NCBI GenBank assembly: GCA_964016885.1
Contig: CAXHJY010001326.1
Location: 23,931-87,930, forward strand
Direction: 5' to 3'
Length of the DNA: 64,000 nucleotides
DNA from: Eledone cirrhosa
Lineage: Eukaryota
This document shows, one piece after another, positions 1 to 13,632 of the stretch (position 1 is its first letter; each line of letters begins with the position of its first letter). The notes under the pieces are model-generated. The model did no database searches. It was not told where the DNA came from and saw only the letters and a program-made list of their open reading frames with translations. The translations under genes and the position numbers were made by a program.

Positions 1-77
1 TTCCATTCAAGTTCTGGGGTTGATTCTATCATATTTCACCTTCAATGCTGGCTTTGTGCCATTATTATGTATAGAAA

Positions 78-262
78 GGGCGGTGGATTGGCAGTATCAG
101 TAGAGAGTCGGACGCCATGCTTTCCAGCATAGTTACGTCCCTTTACGGTCTGTGTTCAAATCCCGCCGAGGTTAACTTTGCCTTTCATCCTTACGGGGTC
201 GATAAAATAAAGTACCAGTAATGTACTGGGTAATTGCTGGCCTTCTGCCAAAAGTAGAAACA
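78..262 (+). mobile_element. tRNA-derived SINE family A (young, full length)
   Basis: Pol III A-box-like TGGCAGTATCAGTAG and B-box GTTCAAATCC; conserved body CTTTGCCTTTCATCCTTACGGGGTCGATAAAATAAAGTACCAG; 17-bp target-site duplication ATTATTATGTATAGAAA at 61-77 and 263-279. Confidence 0.9.
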
Positions 263-404
263 ATTATTATGTATAGAAATAATTCTATATGTATATATGT
301 GTGAGTATGTTTATCTGTGAGTGTATAAGTATGTACTTATATATTATATATATATATATAATGTAGGAGGTGAGTTTTATTGTAGCACAATAAAGCAATG
401 CAAA

Positions 405-441
405 TATCGGATATGTAGCACTCTGTGCTACATATCCGATA
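405..441. repeat. perfect short hairpin (17-bp arms)
   Basis: TATCGGATATGTAGCAC-tct-GTGCTACATATCCGATA. Confidence 0.85.
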
Positions 442-458
442 TAGGACTGGAGTATAAA

Positions 459-672
459 TAATATAAGATCAAAAGATGGTTAAAAAAGTTCCAAGTATTT
501 TATTATGCGCATTTCAAAAACAAATATCATCATGGGTGTTTTTTAAGCTTCATATCATGTTTCCCTCTTTTATCTGATGAGAACGCAGATATCATCCCAT
601 GATGATATTTGTTTTTGAAATGTGCATAATAAAATACTTGGAACTCTTTTAACCATCTTCTGATCTTATATT
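459..672. repeat. ~77-bp inverted repeat (fold-back), probable PLE terminal fragment
   Basis: 459-536 is the reverse complement of 596-672 with few mismatches; spacer holds CTGATGAG; the arm recurs at ~24933-24983. Confidence 0.8.
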
Positions 673-888
673 ATATATATACAGATATGTCACTATAGTT
701 GCATAGTTTGCTCAAGAAATGTATATTTTCTTAGGATTTCTTTCTTTTGTCTCTCATCATGATTCTGTCTGTACAGTATAGTAGAACCAACATATTTTAT
801 GCGATTATTTATATTGATTTCATACAGATATGTGTGTGTGTATATATATATATATATGTAAGTTATTCCGGGTTGAATCGGAGTTAAA

Positions 889-919
<31 letters not shown>

Positions 920-1364
920 CAAACAAACGCATAAATATATAGACATATATATGTTGGGGCTATGATAAAATATACACAATCCAACATGTAGGGTGGTAGT
1001 GTAGGTGTCATGATGCAAAGCACTCTATCACCCAGTAAATTAGTAGTGCCAGAGTTACAAAATGAAATGTTCCCATTATATACTGTGAAGTGGTTGGCAA
1101 GGACATCCAGCTGTACTAACTAAGGCAAAACATATTCATACTTTTGTCTAAGTGCCCAATGAGAGGCTTCTTCACTCTACAGTGGTGGCCATAACTGAAC
1201 CTCAAAACAAAAGGTCCCGCACACATGTTAAGTGTATGAAACTTTATTAATGCTAAATAAACTCAATTGCAATAGGTTGAGCATTGTTTATCTATGGATT
1301 ACACACATATACATATATATAAATATATATATGTATGTGTATATATATATATATATATAACTTT

Positions 1365-1410
<46 letters not shown>

Positions 1411-1914
1411 TTTATATGTATATAATTATTTTGAGATAGCTATAAGTACATATATTTATTAATATGCATATGTGGTATTCAATGTTTTTTTCAACCATCA
1501 GTTACAACTTATAAATTTGTAAAGATATTTCTACTAAAGAAGATACTTAGTATTTTATTGTTATATATTTAAACATTTATCATACTATCTTCCACCAGTT
1601 TTCTTGTCTTTAAGAACACTGAGAAAAAAGAAAATATTGTCAGGTAATGGATTCCATATCATTCAGATTATTATATATTCAGATGTTATTGTGATGATGA
1701 TGATGTGAAGGAAGGCAGGAAGATTATATGTATATACACACAGACACACATATATATATAGTCACACAAACACACACACCCACACCCACATATATATATA
1801 TATAGACACACAGACACACACACATATATATACCTACAAACATATATATACACACACACACTCTTACACACTCACATATATATTTATATATATAAGTATT
1901 AATTTAACATCATC

Positions 1915-2101
1915 AAGGGTGGGGGATTGGCAGTATCAGTAGAGGGTCGGACGCCATGCTTTCCAGCATAGTTACGTCCCTTTACGATCTGAGTTCAAAT
2001 CCCGCCGAGGTTGACTTTGCCTTTCATCCTTACGGGGTCGATAAAATAAAGTACCAGTAATGTACTGGGTAATTGCTGGCCTTGTGCCTAAAGTAGAAAC
2101 A
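1915..2101 (+). mobile_element. SINE family A
   Basis: Near-identical to 78-262; TSD ATTAATTTAACATCATC at 1898-1914 and 2102-2118. Confidence 0.9.
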
Positions 2102-2472
2102 ATTAATTTAACATCATCTTCATATTTTATTCACTTAAGACATGTATTGGTCACAACCAGGCTTGACTCATATAACACCATCGAGTGCTCAAACTGATGA
2201 ACTACCAATAACAACTATACATGCATATAAATGCACATGAAAATAAAAAAAGAATTGGTTATATCATAGACAGTATATTGGGATAGTAGTAGGAATTAAT
2301 TATCATCATCATCACACTCACTTAAATTACATTTTTCCATGGTGGCATGGGTTGGACAAAGTCAGTATTCAATTAGAACTACTGTTTGCACAGGCGGGTC
2401 GGGGACCACATGTAGTTTAGCAAAGCTCTGATGACATGGTTTCTACATCGGATGACATGTGTATGTGTATGA

Positions 2473-2519
<47 letters not shown>

Positions 2520-2522
<3 letters not shown>

Positions 2523-2690
2523 TTTTTCTTATTCTGCCCTGCCTGTACATTCAATCTTTCTAATTTCTCATTCTTTCTTCTAATGAAGGACTAATGTCCA
2601 AAATGTTAAGAACCTCTTCCTGCTAATTCAAGCATTAAACTAATATGTTCCTTCCATATACTGTACCGTTTGTGTTGTTATTTCTGTTAA
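2520..2690 (+). mobile_element. old dispersed repeat with decayed hammerhead motif (PLE pLTR-like)
   Basis: Homologous to 54230-54440 (GAAGGACTAATGTCCAAAA ... TCAAGCATTAAACTAATAT ... TACTGTAYCGTTT). Confidence 0.55.
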
Positions 2691-2710
2691 CATTTTATTA
2701 TATATATATT

Positions 2711-2808
2711 AGGTTGACTTTGCCTTTCATCCTTACGGGGTCGATAAAATAAAGTACCAGTAATGCACTGGGTAATTGCTGGCCTTGTGCCTAAAGTAGA
2801 AACAATTA
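2711..2808 (+). mobile_element. SINE family A, 5'-truncated
   Basis: 3' half of the family A consensus. Confidence 0.85.
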
Positions 2809-3352
2809 TATATATATTATATCTACTCAAATGTCCTCTACACTGGCATACATTTTCAGGTGCAGATACAGCTAATGCTGTGTCTTTTCTAAGCAGACAC
2901 ACATCACGGGTTGTGTCTAGGAGAATATATATCTATCACAGCGAGAACAATATATTTTTCTGCTGATTTGTTGATCAATGCCAAAGAGCAACAGAACCAA
3001 GAACAATACACCACTTGCTGAAATCATGATAAAATGGAATGGATTATAAAGGTGTTCATGTGTAGGTTGAGGGTCACCTCAATAAACAAAGATAGAGAAA
3101 CATTTCAATAAAACTCACATGAATTGATTTACAATGGTAGTTCATGATTCGGAAACAACAATAGTAACTATCACCTTTATTGGATAACTTTATTAAAATA
3201 ATCATTGCTAGTAGCTTATGTTAAACCTGTGTCATTAATACATATTGGTTCAAAGAATTTCTATTGCAAGATTTAATCCTACTCCTCACTTTTACAATAG
3301 TTAATTCAATACATCAGTGGAGAAGCACGTATATATCAGTATGTGTGTTTAT

Positions 3353-3414
<62 letters not shown>

Positions 3415-4703
3415 GTATATAAAGAAGTTTGACATAGGGCCCTCATGGCTAACCTCTGCATTAGCAGGGAAAATGGCCCTAAAAACGCTTGCTGTCACTG
3501 CTGTGTGTATGTATGAATGTATCCCAGAAAACGCTTACTGTCGTTCATGTGTGTATATATACATACATACATATATATGTATGTATGTAATGTATGTGTG
3601 TATGCCTATATTTTATGTATATTAATATTACTAATGAGACTTCAAGAGAGGAAGTAGCCACTTAAATGAATAAAGAAATGAAACGCTCATATCTAGAAGA
3701 ATATATTAATCCTTTCATGACCATAATTCTAATGAAATACACTGTTCATGTGTTTAAATTAATTTGGAAAATAATCAAGAATTTAATAAAATAACCAACT
3801 CCTGCATTATTAAGCGAGAGTATAGAATATAGCAAAAGTTTCTTAAAATGCACCAAGTGCATTCTGAAAATAGGTAGTGCTGGTACCATAATAAAATACA
3901 TTCAGTACAATCTGTAAAGTGGGAATGCAACTGGCAGAGTAGAGTACACACAGTCAAGTGGTTGGTGGTAGAAAGAACAACCAGCCATTGAAATCATCCA
4001 CAATGGCATGTATGAGCAAGACATGGCCTTCTGATCCATCTAATATCAGCCAGTGACAACCTGTCCAACTTATGCCATCATGGAAAAACAGAAGTATGAT
4101 GATGGTGATGGTGGAGGAGGGGTTGTTTTAAAGAAAGGATTAAACAAATAATGGTGAACTACATCACAATATCAACTAGAAATCAAAATCAAGACTACTA
4201 AAACACAGTCATATACCAACAGCAGTACTATTACCAGTGCCAGCACCAACATCAGTACTAACAACAGCATCAATATCAGCACCAGTGCCAGAACCAGAAT
4301 CAGTACTAGCAACAGCACCAGTACTAGCACCAGCACCATAAGATCGATAAATCCTGCAAAGCTTGCCAACACATTGGACAATGAACAAATACTGAATTGA
4401 AATCCTTGTACTTAAGGCATTTTCTTGTCTTTAAATTTTAGACATTATTACAGTGTTATCATTAACAGTAAGTTTAAGGTACAGAAACTATACGAATATA
4501 CAAAAACAAACAAGGAAATAAACAAAGAAATGATAATAATAGAAAATTAAAAAGAATAATACAGAGGAACTTATGTTAAGATAACAACAAAAAGAAAATG
4601 TAACAAACCGATCACTGTTGGCATTAGTGATAGTTCTATGAAAAATAGTATTTTTAGATCAAAATAACAGTTTAAGAATGATTTTTGGTACTGTTTATTC
4701 CTA

Positions 4704-4777
<74 letters not shown>

Positions 4778-4836
4778 AAATGGCATACCGCCTATGGAAG
4801 CATCTTAGCTACCATCAGACTCACACACACACACAC

Positions 4837-4882
<46 letters not shown>

Positions 4883-5714
4883 TTTTTAAAGTTAGATAAA
4901 TTGTGAGTTGAAATCATGTTGGCAATCGTCGGACATCAATTACTCCTAAGGATACATTTAAATTTTACAATAAAACTCGCAAACAACTGTATGTTGTTTG
5001 CTAAATCATTTCATGATAAGTTACATACCAACACATTGTGTGTGAGAGTGTTTGTCTGCTTCTCTCTCTCTCTCTCTCTCATTCCATATATCATTGAGAT
5101 ATATGGTTAACAATGTGTTGCAAAAGTTGGTACAACATGAATAGGAAATAGAGTAGAATGAAATAAAGACCAAACAATAGTTTTTACCTTATATTTTCGT
5201 CTGACAAAAAACATCTACAAAAATGTCACACCTGAGATATTGAGGTCACTAGAAATGCCGCCATGAGAGACATTGGTAATTTACGCATTAAAGAGGCTAT
5301 TCTTATCAACAGGTATAAACTTATATATAACAGATTTGAATTACATGAGGTTGACTGGCTTTTCATGCAAAGGTGAAAAGTTTTGCTTGAAATGTATTCT
5401 CTTGTTAATGAAATAAGATACAACATATTATTTTCACTCAATAATTATATTTTATTCTGTGTGTATAGTGGTTGGTGTTAAGAAGGTTCTCCAGTTGTAC
5501 AAAACAAGCTCAAATAGGAATGTAGGAGCAGGAAGTGCACCTTCAACCCATATAGGAAGGTATATATGGACCTGTAACTCCCGGGGGAGTCGTATGGGTG
5601 CCAAATTGACATACAGCATTTCTAGGACATTTTAAAACCTGGTGGAACCCATCTCCTCTCAAGGAGATTTCTTCCAGAGAAGGATAGAGAGTGAGAAAGA
5701 GATGTAGAGGAAGA

Positions 5715-5870
5715 ATCAACCCCAGTTCTAGCCAGGTACTTTTTTATCAACCTTAAATGGCTGAAAGGCAAAGTTGACTTTGGCAGGATTTGAACTCAGA
5801 AAACAGAGTTGGAACCAGTGCCACAAAGCATTCTATGTGACGTTCTAATGACTGCTAATTCATTGCCTTT
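5715..5870 (-). mobile_element. SINE family A, older subfamily
   Basis: TGAAAGGCAAAGTTGAC...GGATTTGAACTCAGA, reverse complement of family A core. Confidence 0.7.
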
Positions 5871-5984
5871 GTAGGAAGGTAGTAATTCTTAATAAGAACT
5901 GATTCTCATGATGACAACTCAATCAGCCTATACCAGCATGGAAGGTAGATATAAAATGACTATGACATCATATTAACTAAGATA

Positions 5985-6043
5985 TTCATCCCGCTACTAT
6001 TTAGAGCTGCTGTTTCAGCATGATTATGCTTCTTCAGGACGAA
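5985..6043 (-). ncRNA. decayed type I hammerhead ribozyme-like motif
   Basis: Minus strand: TTCGTC-CTGAAGA-AGCAT aatc ATGCT-GAAA-...-GATGAA; stems I and II pair but the UH cleavage triplet is lost. Confidence 0.4.
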
Positions 6044-6414
6044 CTAAGTAAGGGGACCATTGTATTTATTAAATATATTAAAGATTCAGAAGAAGAAAAA
6101 GAAGATTATTAACTGTAAGAAGAAAGAAAAATAAATATATACTGGCTTGAAACTGATTCCCAACTGATGTATTTAGAGTGTAACAAATATGATTCTGTGT
6201 TGATAAATTTAAGGAGGACAAGTAAGAGAACATCTGAACATTGGACAGCATAATGAATTACATAAGAAGACACAAACAACGAAGACAGAACAAAACAAAT
6301 GTTCATTCAGAGATTTAGTTTAATGGTTAATTGCTTGTTGGTAGTATTCAAGCATGATAGCTTGCATGCATTGATTAAGTAAATATCTTGTGTTTTACTT
6401 TACACACACACACG

Positions 6415-6448
<34 letters not shown>

Positions 6449-8417
6449 AAGCGATGAAACTTACAATTTTATACTGTACTATACAGACCAGGACTAATCA
6501 ATAACAAGACCAATGATCAATATTAATAATGATAATAATAATAAAAAAAATAATAAAAGTAATCTTTTCTTTATTACTGCCATCGGGGTCCTTTCATGTA
6601 TACAATTAATACATTGTACATAGAGTTACAAAGCATGTGAGGATGGACAGACACAAAGTTATATAAAAAAACCCCATAAAAGTGTGGGTGGGTGGTAATA
6701 GAGACATCATACAATCTCTTGTGTTTTGTCTGATAATCCTGTGAGTACAGGTGAAACTCCAGGGTAAAAGGAGTCACCACTTAGCCATAATAAAGAACAT
6801 ATAAGAATATGCTAAACATCTGATATAAATTAAATAAATAGATAATTATTTAAAAGCCCAATTCATTTAGAAAATATAAAAACTATTCAAAGTAACATCC
6901 TCCCAAACAGGATAGACCACACCAGCTCAGGCAGGTAGAGTACCTTATGTATTTTCTTGTTTCATAGGCCATGTAGAAATTTGTCCCGAATGAGTTGCTG
7001 AGTAGTTTCAGAGTAATTGGGTGATAGGAAAGAGCTCATATTCTCCTGAAAGCTCAGATATAATTTTCAATAGACTACAGATATGATGTGTACAAGCAAT
7101 CTTTCTCTCGAGTGTTCTCTGTAATCTTCCATCATTTTTTCACAAACCACCAACTTCTCAGTTCTGTTTTCTTGCCTGGAAGACTTTAGGAAGTTTAGGT
7201 ACTTGTTAAATATTATCAGTAGAGTAAACGTCATGGTTTCTCAGAGGAGGTGGGCTTCTTAGTCTTGGCTCCTTTTGGGGAGGGGGTGAACTTCTTGTCA
7301 CTGTTTTTGTATGCTTTCTCTTAGGATTAACTGTTCTTTTAGGGGTCCCCTTTTCCTATTCTTTGTACTATCCTCAACAGTTTTCCACCGATGTTTGCTC
7401 TTCATGCATGACCTCAATATTGCAATGATGAGGTGGCACTGCAGGTTGTAACTGAGGCTGACTTAGGACTGAACAAAAACAACAGTGGCAGCAGGTCAGA
7501 TATCTATAGAGATAGTGTATCAGACTGTCAGTCAAAGACAAAGATTTCTACCCAGTCATTGGGGTGTATTGTACCCTCACTGATACACTCTAAAATAGAT
7601 TTTTATTTGTTTCAACAATGAGTACTGTGTTCAAATGTTGGACCTTTGAATAACATATACTATCCATCCAACAGTCTTGTACACAATTTCTGTGCAGCCA
7701 ATTTCAATTAAAATGCATGGGTTGACTCAAGGCTTTATTAAAAGATACTTGTCAAAATCCAGGACCTTGTCATTGCAAATCAAACTTCTTGCCATTTTGC
7801 AATCTGCACCCAAGGTACAATCTGCATGTTATTTTTTTGTTTTTATTTTTGGTTTCTTTTTTTGGGGTGGGTGGGTGTGTGTGTATTAACTGTAGACATT
7901 CTGCTTAAACTACTATAGATCCACTTCATTTGGAAGGACATGAACAGAGAAGGAGTTCTAGAAGTTTGATATTCTGAGCACATGGATGTGAAGTGAACTT
8001 CTTGACTACACAACTATGCTTAATAACAACTATTGATAATGATATAAACAAGAAAAGAAAATTAAATGAAAGGATATATGTATACATCGTATATATTGTC
8101 TTTCATTTAATTTAATACGTGTGTGTGTATGTGTATGTGTGTATTATGTTGAGTATCCAAAAGTATATGAAATCAATGGATTTCAACTAGAAAACTATCC
8201 AAGATTTGACATCTTCATTAAAAAAAGTTAATAAACTCATCAAAAATAAAGTTGAATACCTAACATTTTTGATCAATTTTCCAATGACTTATAAACTTCT
8301 GATAATATAATAGATAGATATTTCTAAAGTTCTTCCCAAGTTCTCTTCACTTTCCCACCAAACAACAGATCCTAGCAGCAATGAATAGCAAGCAATTCTA
8401 GTGATTTTCTTTATCTT

Positions 8418-8450
<33 letters not shown>

Positions 8451-8859
8451 TTACCTACCTATCTATCTATCTGTATATCTAGCTGTCTATCTTTCTATCT
8501 ACCTAGCAGCAAAGTTTCATTTGACAAGTAAATGAAATCCATTGTGGTGTGTCTCATATTTCTTTTGCAGGGCCATTGATAACCATTATATCAACAGAGG
8601 AATTAGTGGGCTGGTAGGTAGGTAGCTGTACAGCAATGGTGTGTAATCTAGGGAGGGTATTTTTTGTTAATATTGGCTGTGGCACTAAGGAGTAATGGTG
8701 ACAATGGATGTATATACAGGGGGGGGGGGGGTATTTTCTGTTAATGTTGACTGTGGTACTAGGAGCAGAAGTTACGATGGCAGAAGGATTGGTAGAGTTA
8801 TAAGGGATTTGGATTACATTTTTCTTTAGTATTTCTTCTATTTATCTGTTGTTGCCAAA

Positions 8860-9140
8860 GTATTATAAATGAAAGTTTATACACATCAACATATTACAAA
8901 TGAATGCTTATACCAAGACTTGCCCAAGATAACAACAATTGCTCAAAGACGGTTATGAATTGCAGGACATTGCTGGAGAAGTAAGCAGGAAGTTATACAA
9001 AAGCTACTATTCCGGGAACCAATTCATGAGAGATGCAGTAGAAGAAGACCTGCTCGAAGCTTCATCAATCAACTCTCAGACAAACCTCAGTAGGGAACAG
9101 TTGCCAGGAGCAATGAAAAATTGTAGGGAGACTTCGTGAG
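8860..9140 (+). mobile_element. RTE-clade LINE ORF C-terminal fragment (degenerate)
   Basis: An alternative frame reads HQHITNECLYQDLPKITT..QRRL*IAGHCWRSKQEVIQKLLFREPIHERCSRRRPARSFINQL, typical of the RTE C-terminus. Confidence 0.7.
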
Positions 9141-10029
9141 GAATGTTTGACTGTGGTCACAATGATTATGGTCTCTGTTGAGTTCAAACTCCACCTAATT
9201 CAACTTTGCATTTAATCCTTTCTAGATCAATAAATAAAATATCAATTCATGAGCAGTAGATTGCAGAATTGCTAAAGCATCAGATTCGATGCTTTGCCAT
9301 ATCTGTTCTAGCTCTGTGCATTCTGTGTTGAAATCCCTCATTTTGTTACAGGAAAAATGGTGACACTTCTGCCAGAATATTATCAGCAATGGGAAATATA
9401 GTTTTCTTGATCTCAACTGGTAAATCAGCTTCTTTTCATTATTTTACTTCATTTAAATTACTTCATTTAAATATTATACATTTTACTGATCTCACTTGAG
9501 TAATTTTCCTTTAGCCTGCTAAGTTCTTTTGCATTTAATAACAATTTCTTTCTGCCTTACAGTTGACCTCAGTAGGTTTTGAACTGTCAGGGCAAAGAGT
9601 ACAAATAATTATTTCTGATATCCTACTGACTCATCTAATTAACCAGCTTTTTATGAAAGGCAAACTGCAAATGAGTGCAATGTTTACAATCTTATAGGTA
9701 CAAACTGCATGTAATTGCATAGAAGCATGAATAGCTAAATGTTGGAAAAATTGGCTTCACAATCAGTATGTCTTAGGACTTGCAAAGCCTCTTGAGAGAT
9801 TTTACCATAGACATGAATTGTCACAAGACTTGTGAATGAAATTAGATAGAGGGAAACATATGTGAGACTTATCAAATTCCAACTGGATCACATATGTCAA
9901 ACTGGTTCAACTTAAGATTAGAAGATTAGATTACAGGTAAACATGTCTATAATATGCAATCACTTACACATTAATTCTCAAACTTTATACACATTGTCAA
10001 AACCAATTAATTTCATATACAATAATGAT

Positions 10030-10210
10030 AATGTTTCTACTTTTGGCACAAGGCCAGCAATTACCCCAGTGTATTACTGGAACTTTATTTTATCGACCCC
10101 ATAACGATGAAAGGCAAAGTTGACCTTGGCAGGATTTGAACTCAGAATGGCAAGGGCCATAACTCTATGTGTCAAAGCATGGCATCCAATCCTCTACCAA
10201 TCCACCACCA
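10030..10210 (-). mobile_element. SINE family A
   Basis: Reverse complement of the family A consensus. Confidence 0.85.
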
Positions 10211-10611
10211 ATAATAATAATAGATATAAAATTATTACCATATGATTTTATTGAATAGCACATAGTTGTTTACTTTAAATACATTTTCTAAAGCATTTTA
10301 AAAAGCTAATTAATATTTAATTATATAAACATATACATATAATTAAACTATAATTACATACATACACACACCCACACATATGTATACATACACAAAGAAA
10401 CACACACGCACATATATATTTATGCAATGTATGTGTGTATATATATATATATGTGTGTGTATACATCAAGCATAAAATAATGATCAAGTAACAAAATAAA
10501 GACAAGAAAAAGAATGAAAGGAATATTTAAAAGTATATATCAGATGCAATAATAAAAAGCCAATATAGAACACTATATACAACACACGTGCGAGCACACA
10601 CACACACACAC

Positions 10612-10642
<31 letters not shown>

Positions 10643-10821
10643 CATATGTATATATATAAGTGCTGCTTTGTTAGCAAAAACTCTGTCTCCTGAAATATGA
10701 CAGCTAAACAAAGTTGGCTGTTGCAATATAAAACTTCAATATTCACCCAGCTAGATGTGTATGTTGGTATGGTACTCTCTCTCTCTCTCTCTGTATGTAT
10801 GTGTATATATGTATCTATCTA

Positions 10822-10863
<42 letters not shown>

Positions 10864-11519
10864 TATAGATAGATAGATAGATAGATAGATAGATTTAGAT
10901 ATGTATGCATGTAGTTATATATGTATGGGTGTGTAGATATATGTATGTAGGCATGTATATATGTAGGCATGTATATACAAATAATTATTTGATGTAAAAA
11001 TATTTTTCTTATGCATTTTTACACCAAAGTAGCTGTAGCTGTCTGTTTTAGAAATGGGAATGAATAGACAAATAATTGTCTTTCTTTATTTATACAACTA
11101 CAATAATACAACATAAATTAATATAAACAAATATCATTACATATAAATATATATATATACAGCTTTCTTTCTGCTGCTGCTGCTGTTGTTGTTGTTACAC
11201 TTGGAGAACATTATTTTATATAATCAAATTTTAACTGCATGGCTATTTTATTTATAAATTCCTTTTTTCCTTTATTTCAATTAGGTAGTGTATAAATTAT
11301 TAATGTAAGCTGAGTAGGCAGGGAGAAAAAGATAGAAAGAATTAAGCAAAACGAGGCAAAGGATTGAGATAAAGAGAGAAAAGAAGAGAGAGAATAATTT
11401 CTATAATTTTTTTTAGTGTTCCACGTAGAAAATGTGCACATATTTAATGAACTAATCTCATATACTTATTATGCATTTCATGCATGCATATATATATATA
11501 CATACATATATATATATAC

Positions 11520-11562
<43 letters not shown>

Positions 11563-11583
11563 ATAGATGAGATTATATATATA

Positions 11584-11938
11584 TCATCATCATCATCATC
11601 ATCATCATTTCCTTTTACGTCTGCTTGTCCCTGCTTGCAAGGGTGGGACGGGAACTGATTCTGGCTTGATTTCTACAGCTGGATGCCCTTCCTAACACCA
11701 ACCTCATTTACAGTCAGTGCTGGGTGCTTTTTTGCCGTGGCACCTCCACGACCACTTTACAGTGGAATGATAGGGACCCCAGTCTCTATCATCTCATTTC
11801 TACAGCTGAGTAAACTGGAGCAATGTGAAATAAAGTGTCTTGCTCAAGGAAACAACAACACATCACCCGGTCTGAGAATCGAAGTCACGACCTTTTGATT
11901 GCAAGGCCAATGCTCTAACCACTAAGCCATGCGCCTCC
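11584..11938 (-). mobile_element. tRNA/CORE-type SINE family B with RTE-like (ATG)n tail
   Basis: Minus-strand head GGCGCATGGCTTAGTGGTTAGAGC, CORE-like CTTGAGCAAGACACTTTATTTCACATTGCTCCAGTTTACTCAGCTGTAGAAATGAG, tail GGTGTTAGGAAGGGCATCCAGCTGTAGAAA...(ATG)n; flanked by (TA)n. Confidence 0.9.
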
Positions 11939-11949
11939 ATATATATATA

Positions 11950-12960
11950 CGAGCTGGGTCAGAAAAGTTCCAGGACTGATGTCACAAAAGATTTATTTCA
12001 AACCCAAACTTCACACTAAGAGTTTTCTCCTTCAAAATAATCCCCCTGGAGTATGTAACTGTAATCTTTGCTCTCTGCAGCGATCAAACTTTTTTCTTCA
12101 TAATTTTATATACATGTCCTCTGTTTCAGGTCGTCAAGCAATGAGTACAGAGCAACGAACAAACTTGAAAACTCTGTCAGAAGCACTGGGATTGCTGCAG
12201 CCAGTGTATGGAGATGAGACGATGCCACGCTCACGTGTTTTTGAGTGGTGCAAGAGGTTTAAAGAAGGACTTGAGGACGTGGAAGATGACCCCAGGAGTG
12301 GAAGGCCCTCAACAACCAGGATTGAGGTCAACGTTGAGCCTGTCAGGCAGATGGTGCGTAGCGAACGTTGGCTGACTGTTCAACTGATGGCAAATGAGCT
12401 GGGCATGTATTGGGACAGCGTCTGGAAGATTCTCACTAAAGATTTGGACATGCGGAAAGTCTGCGCGAAGATGGTGCCAAAACTGCTGAACGATGACCAG
12501 AAGGGTCGACACATGCAAGTGTGCCAGGACATCCTCGAGCATCTTGAAGCCGAACCAGACTTGCTAGAGACAGTCATCATCGGTGATGAGTCATGGATCT
12601 TCGAGTACGACCCGGAGGGGACCCGTTTTGAAGTACAAGTATAAACCAAGGTGATGTGCATTGTGAATACACCACAGGAAGCCCTCCAACATTTTCATAA
12701 AGCAGTTTGGAGCAAGAGATCGGATCAGCGGGTCTTAAAAATCTGGCAGCTGCATCACAACAAGATCCCAGCTCATTCATCAGAGCTAATCCAAGGTTTC
12801 TTGGCAAAACAAGACATTTTACTCATTGGTCAGCCTCTCTACTCTCCAGACAGGATTCCTACTGACATCTGGTCGATTCTCAAAATGAAGATGTCACTGA
12901 AAGGCCCTTGCCTTGAGAACTGAGAAGGTATCATGTGGACTGTGGTGGCAGAGCTGAGAG
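11950..12960 (+). mobile_element. mariner-family DNA transposon, internally deleted
   Basis: TA followed by CGAGCTGGGTCAGAAAAGTTCCAGGACT left TIR-like end; transposase remnants downstream; no right TIR seen. Confidence 0.85.
12141..12923 (+). pseudogene. mariner transposase pseudogene
   Basis: RSRVFEWCKRFKEGLEDVEDDPRSGRPST (HTH linker), KVCAKMVPKLL (WVP-like), IIGDESWIFEYDPE (first catalytic D), WQLHHNKIPAH, PLYSPD; deletion and frameshift after EYDPE. Confidence 0.9.
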
Positions 12961-13441
12961 GCTATACACACACGCACACACACATATATACATATTTGGT
13001 ATAAATCTAAGTTATTGCTGCAGCAGAGCAGATATCAATTGAATTGTTTAAGATGGTCACAAAGCACTCGATGGTGCAAAAACCTAATACATTATTCATC
13101 CAGAGTAAACCCACAGATAAGTAAGTGAACGCCATGAAAAAAAACAACCAGGTGTATGTGGCCATAGTGTATAGTCACAACGAGGATAAATACAAACAGG
13201 TGGGATATATATATATCTTTATATATACACAATATGCACATACACATATATACATATACGTACATATATACACACAAACAAACATGCTACAGAATAATAA
13301 AATGCCATCTGGACTGTCTATTCAAATAATGAGAATTTTCTAGTGAATCTATTGAATCCTGACCTGCTGAACCCAACTTCCTTCTTCATAAAGAACATAT
13401 ATATTTATTATTATTATATATTTATTATTATTATTATTAAA

Positions 13442-13632
13442 GGGCGGGGAATTGGCAATATCGGTAGAGGGTCGGACGCCATGCTTTCCAGCATAGTTAC
13501 ATCCCTTTACGATCTGAGTTCAAATCCCGCCAAGGTTGACTTTGCCTTTCATCCTTACGGGGTCGATAAAATAAAGTACCAGTAATGCACTGGGGTAATT
13601 TCTGGCCTTGTGCCAAAAGTAGAAGCAATTAT
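13442..13632 (+). mobile_element. SINE family A
   Basis: Full family A consensus inside (ATT)n. Confidence 0.9.

Noticed and set aside
78-170. tRNA-like A and B boxes as tRNA genes
   Set aside because: They continue into SINE bodies with tails and TSDs; no complete cloverleaf seen
4172-4381. Hydrophobic or Ser/Thr-rich ORF
   Set aside because: Degenerate ACCAGY hexamer repeat with no splice or homology support
6560-7920. Possible old LINE remnant on the minus strand
   Set aside because: Only a weak resemblance to the Tx1-like 3' end; no convincing protein motif recovered by eye
11683-11898. Recurrent ORF MPFLTPTSFTVSAGCFFAVAPPRP (also 18697, 36396) resembling a small gene family
   Set aside because: Antisense translation of SINE B copies
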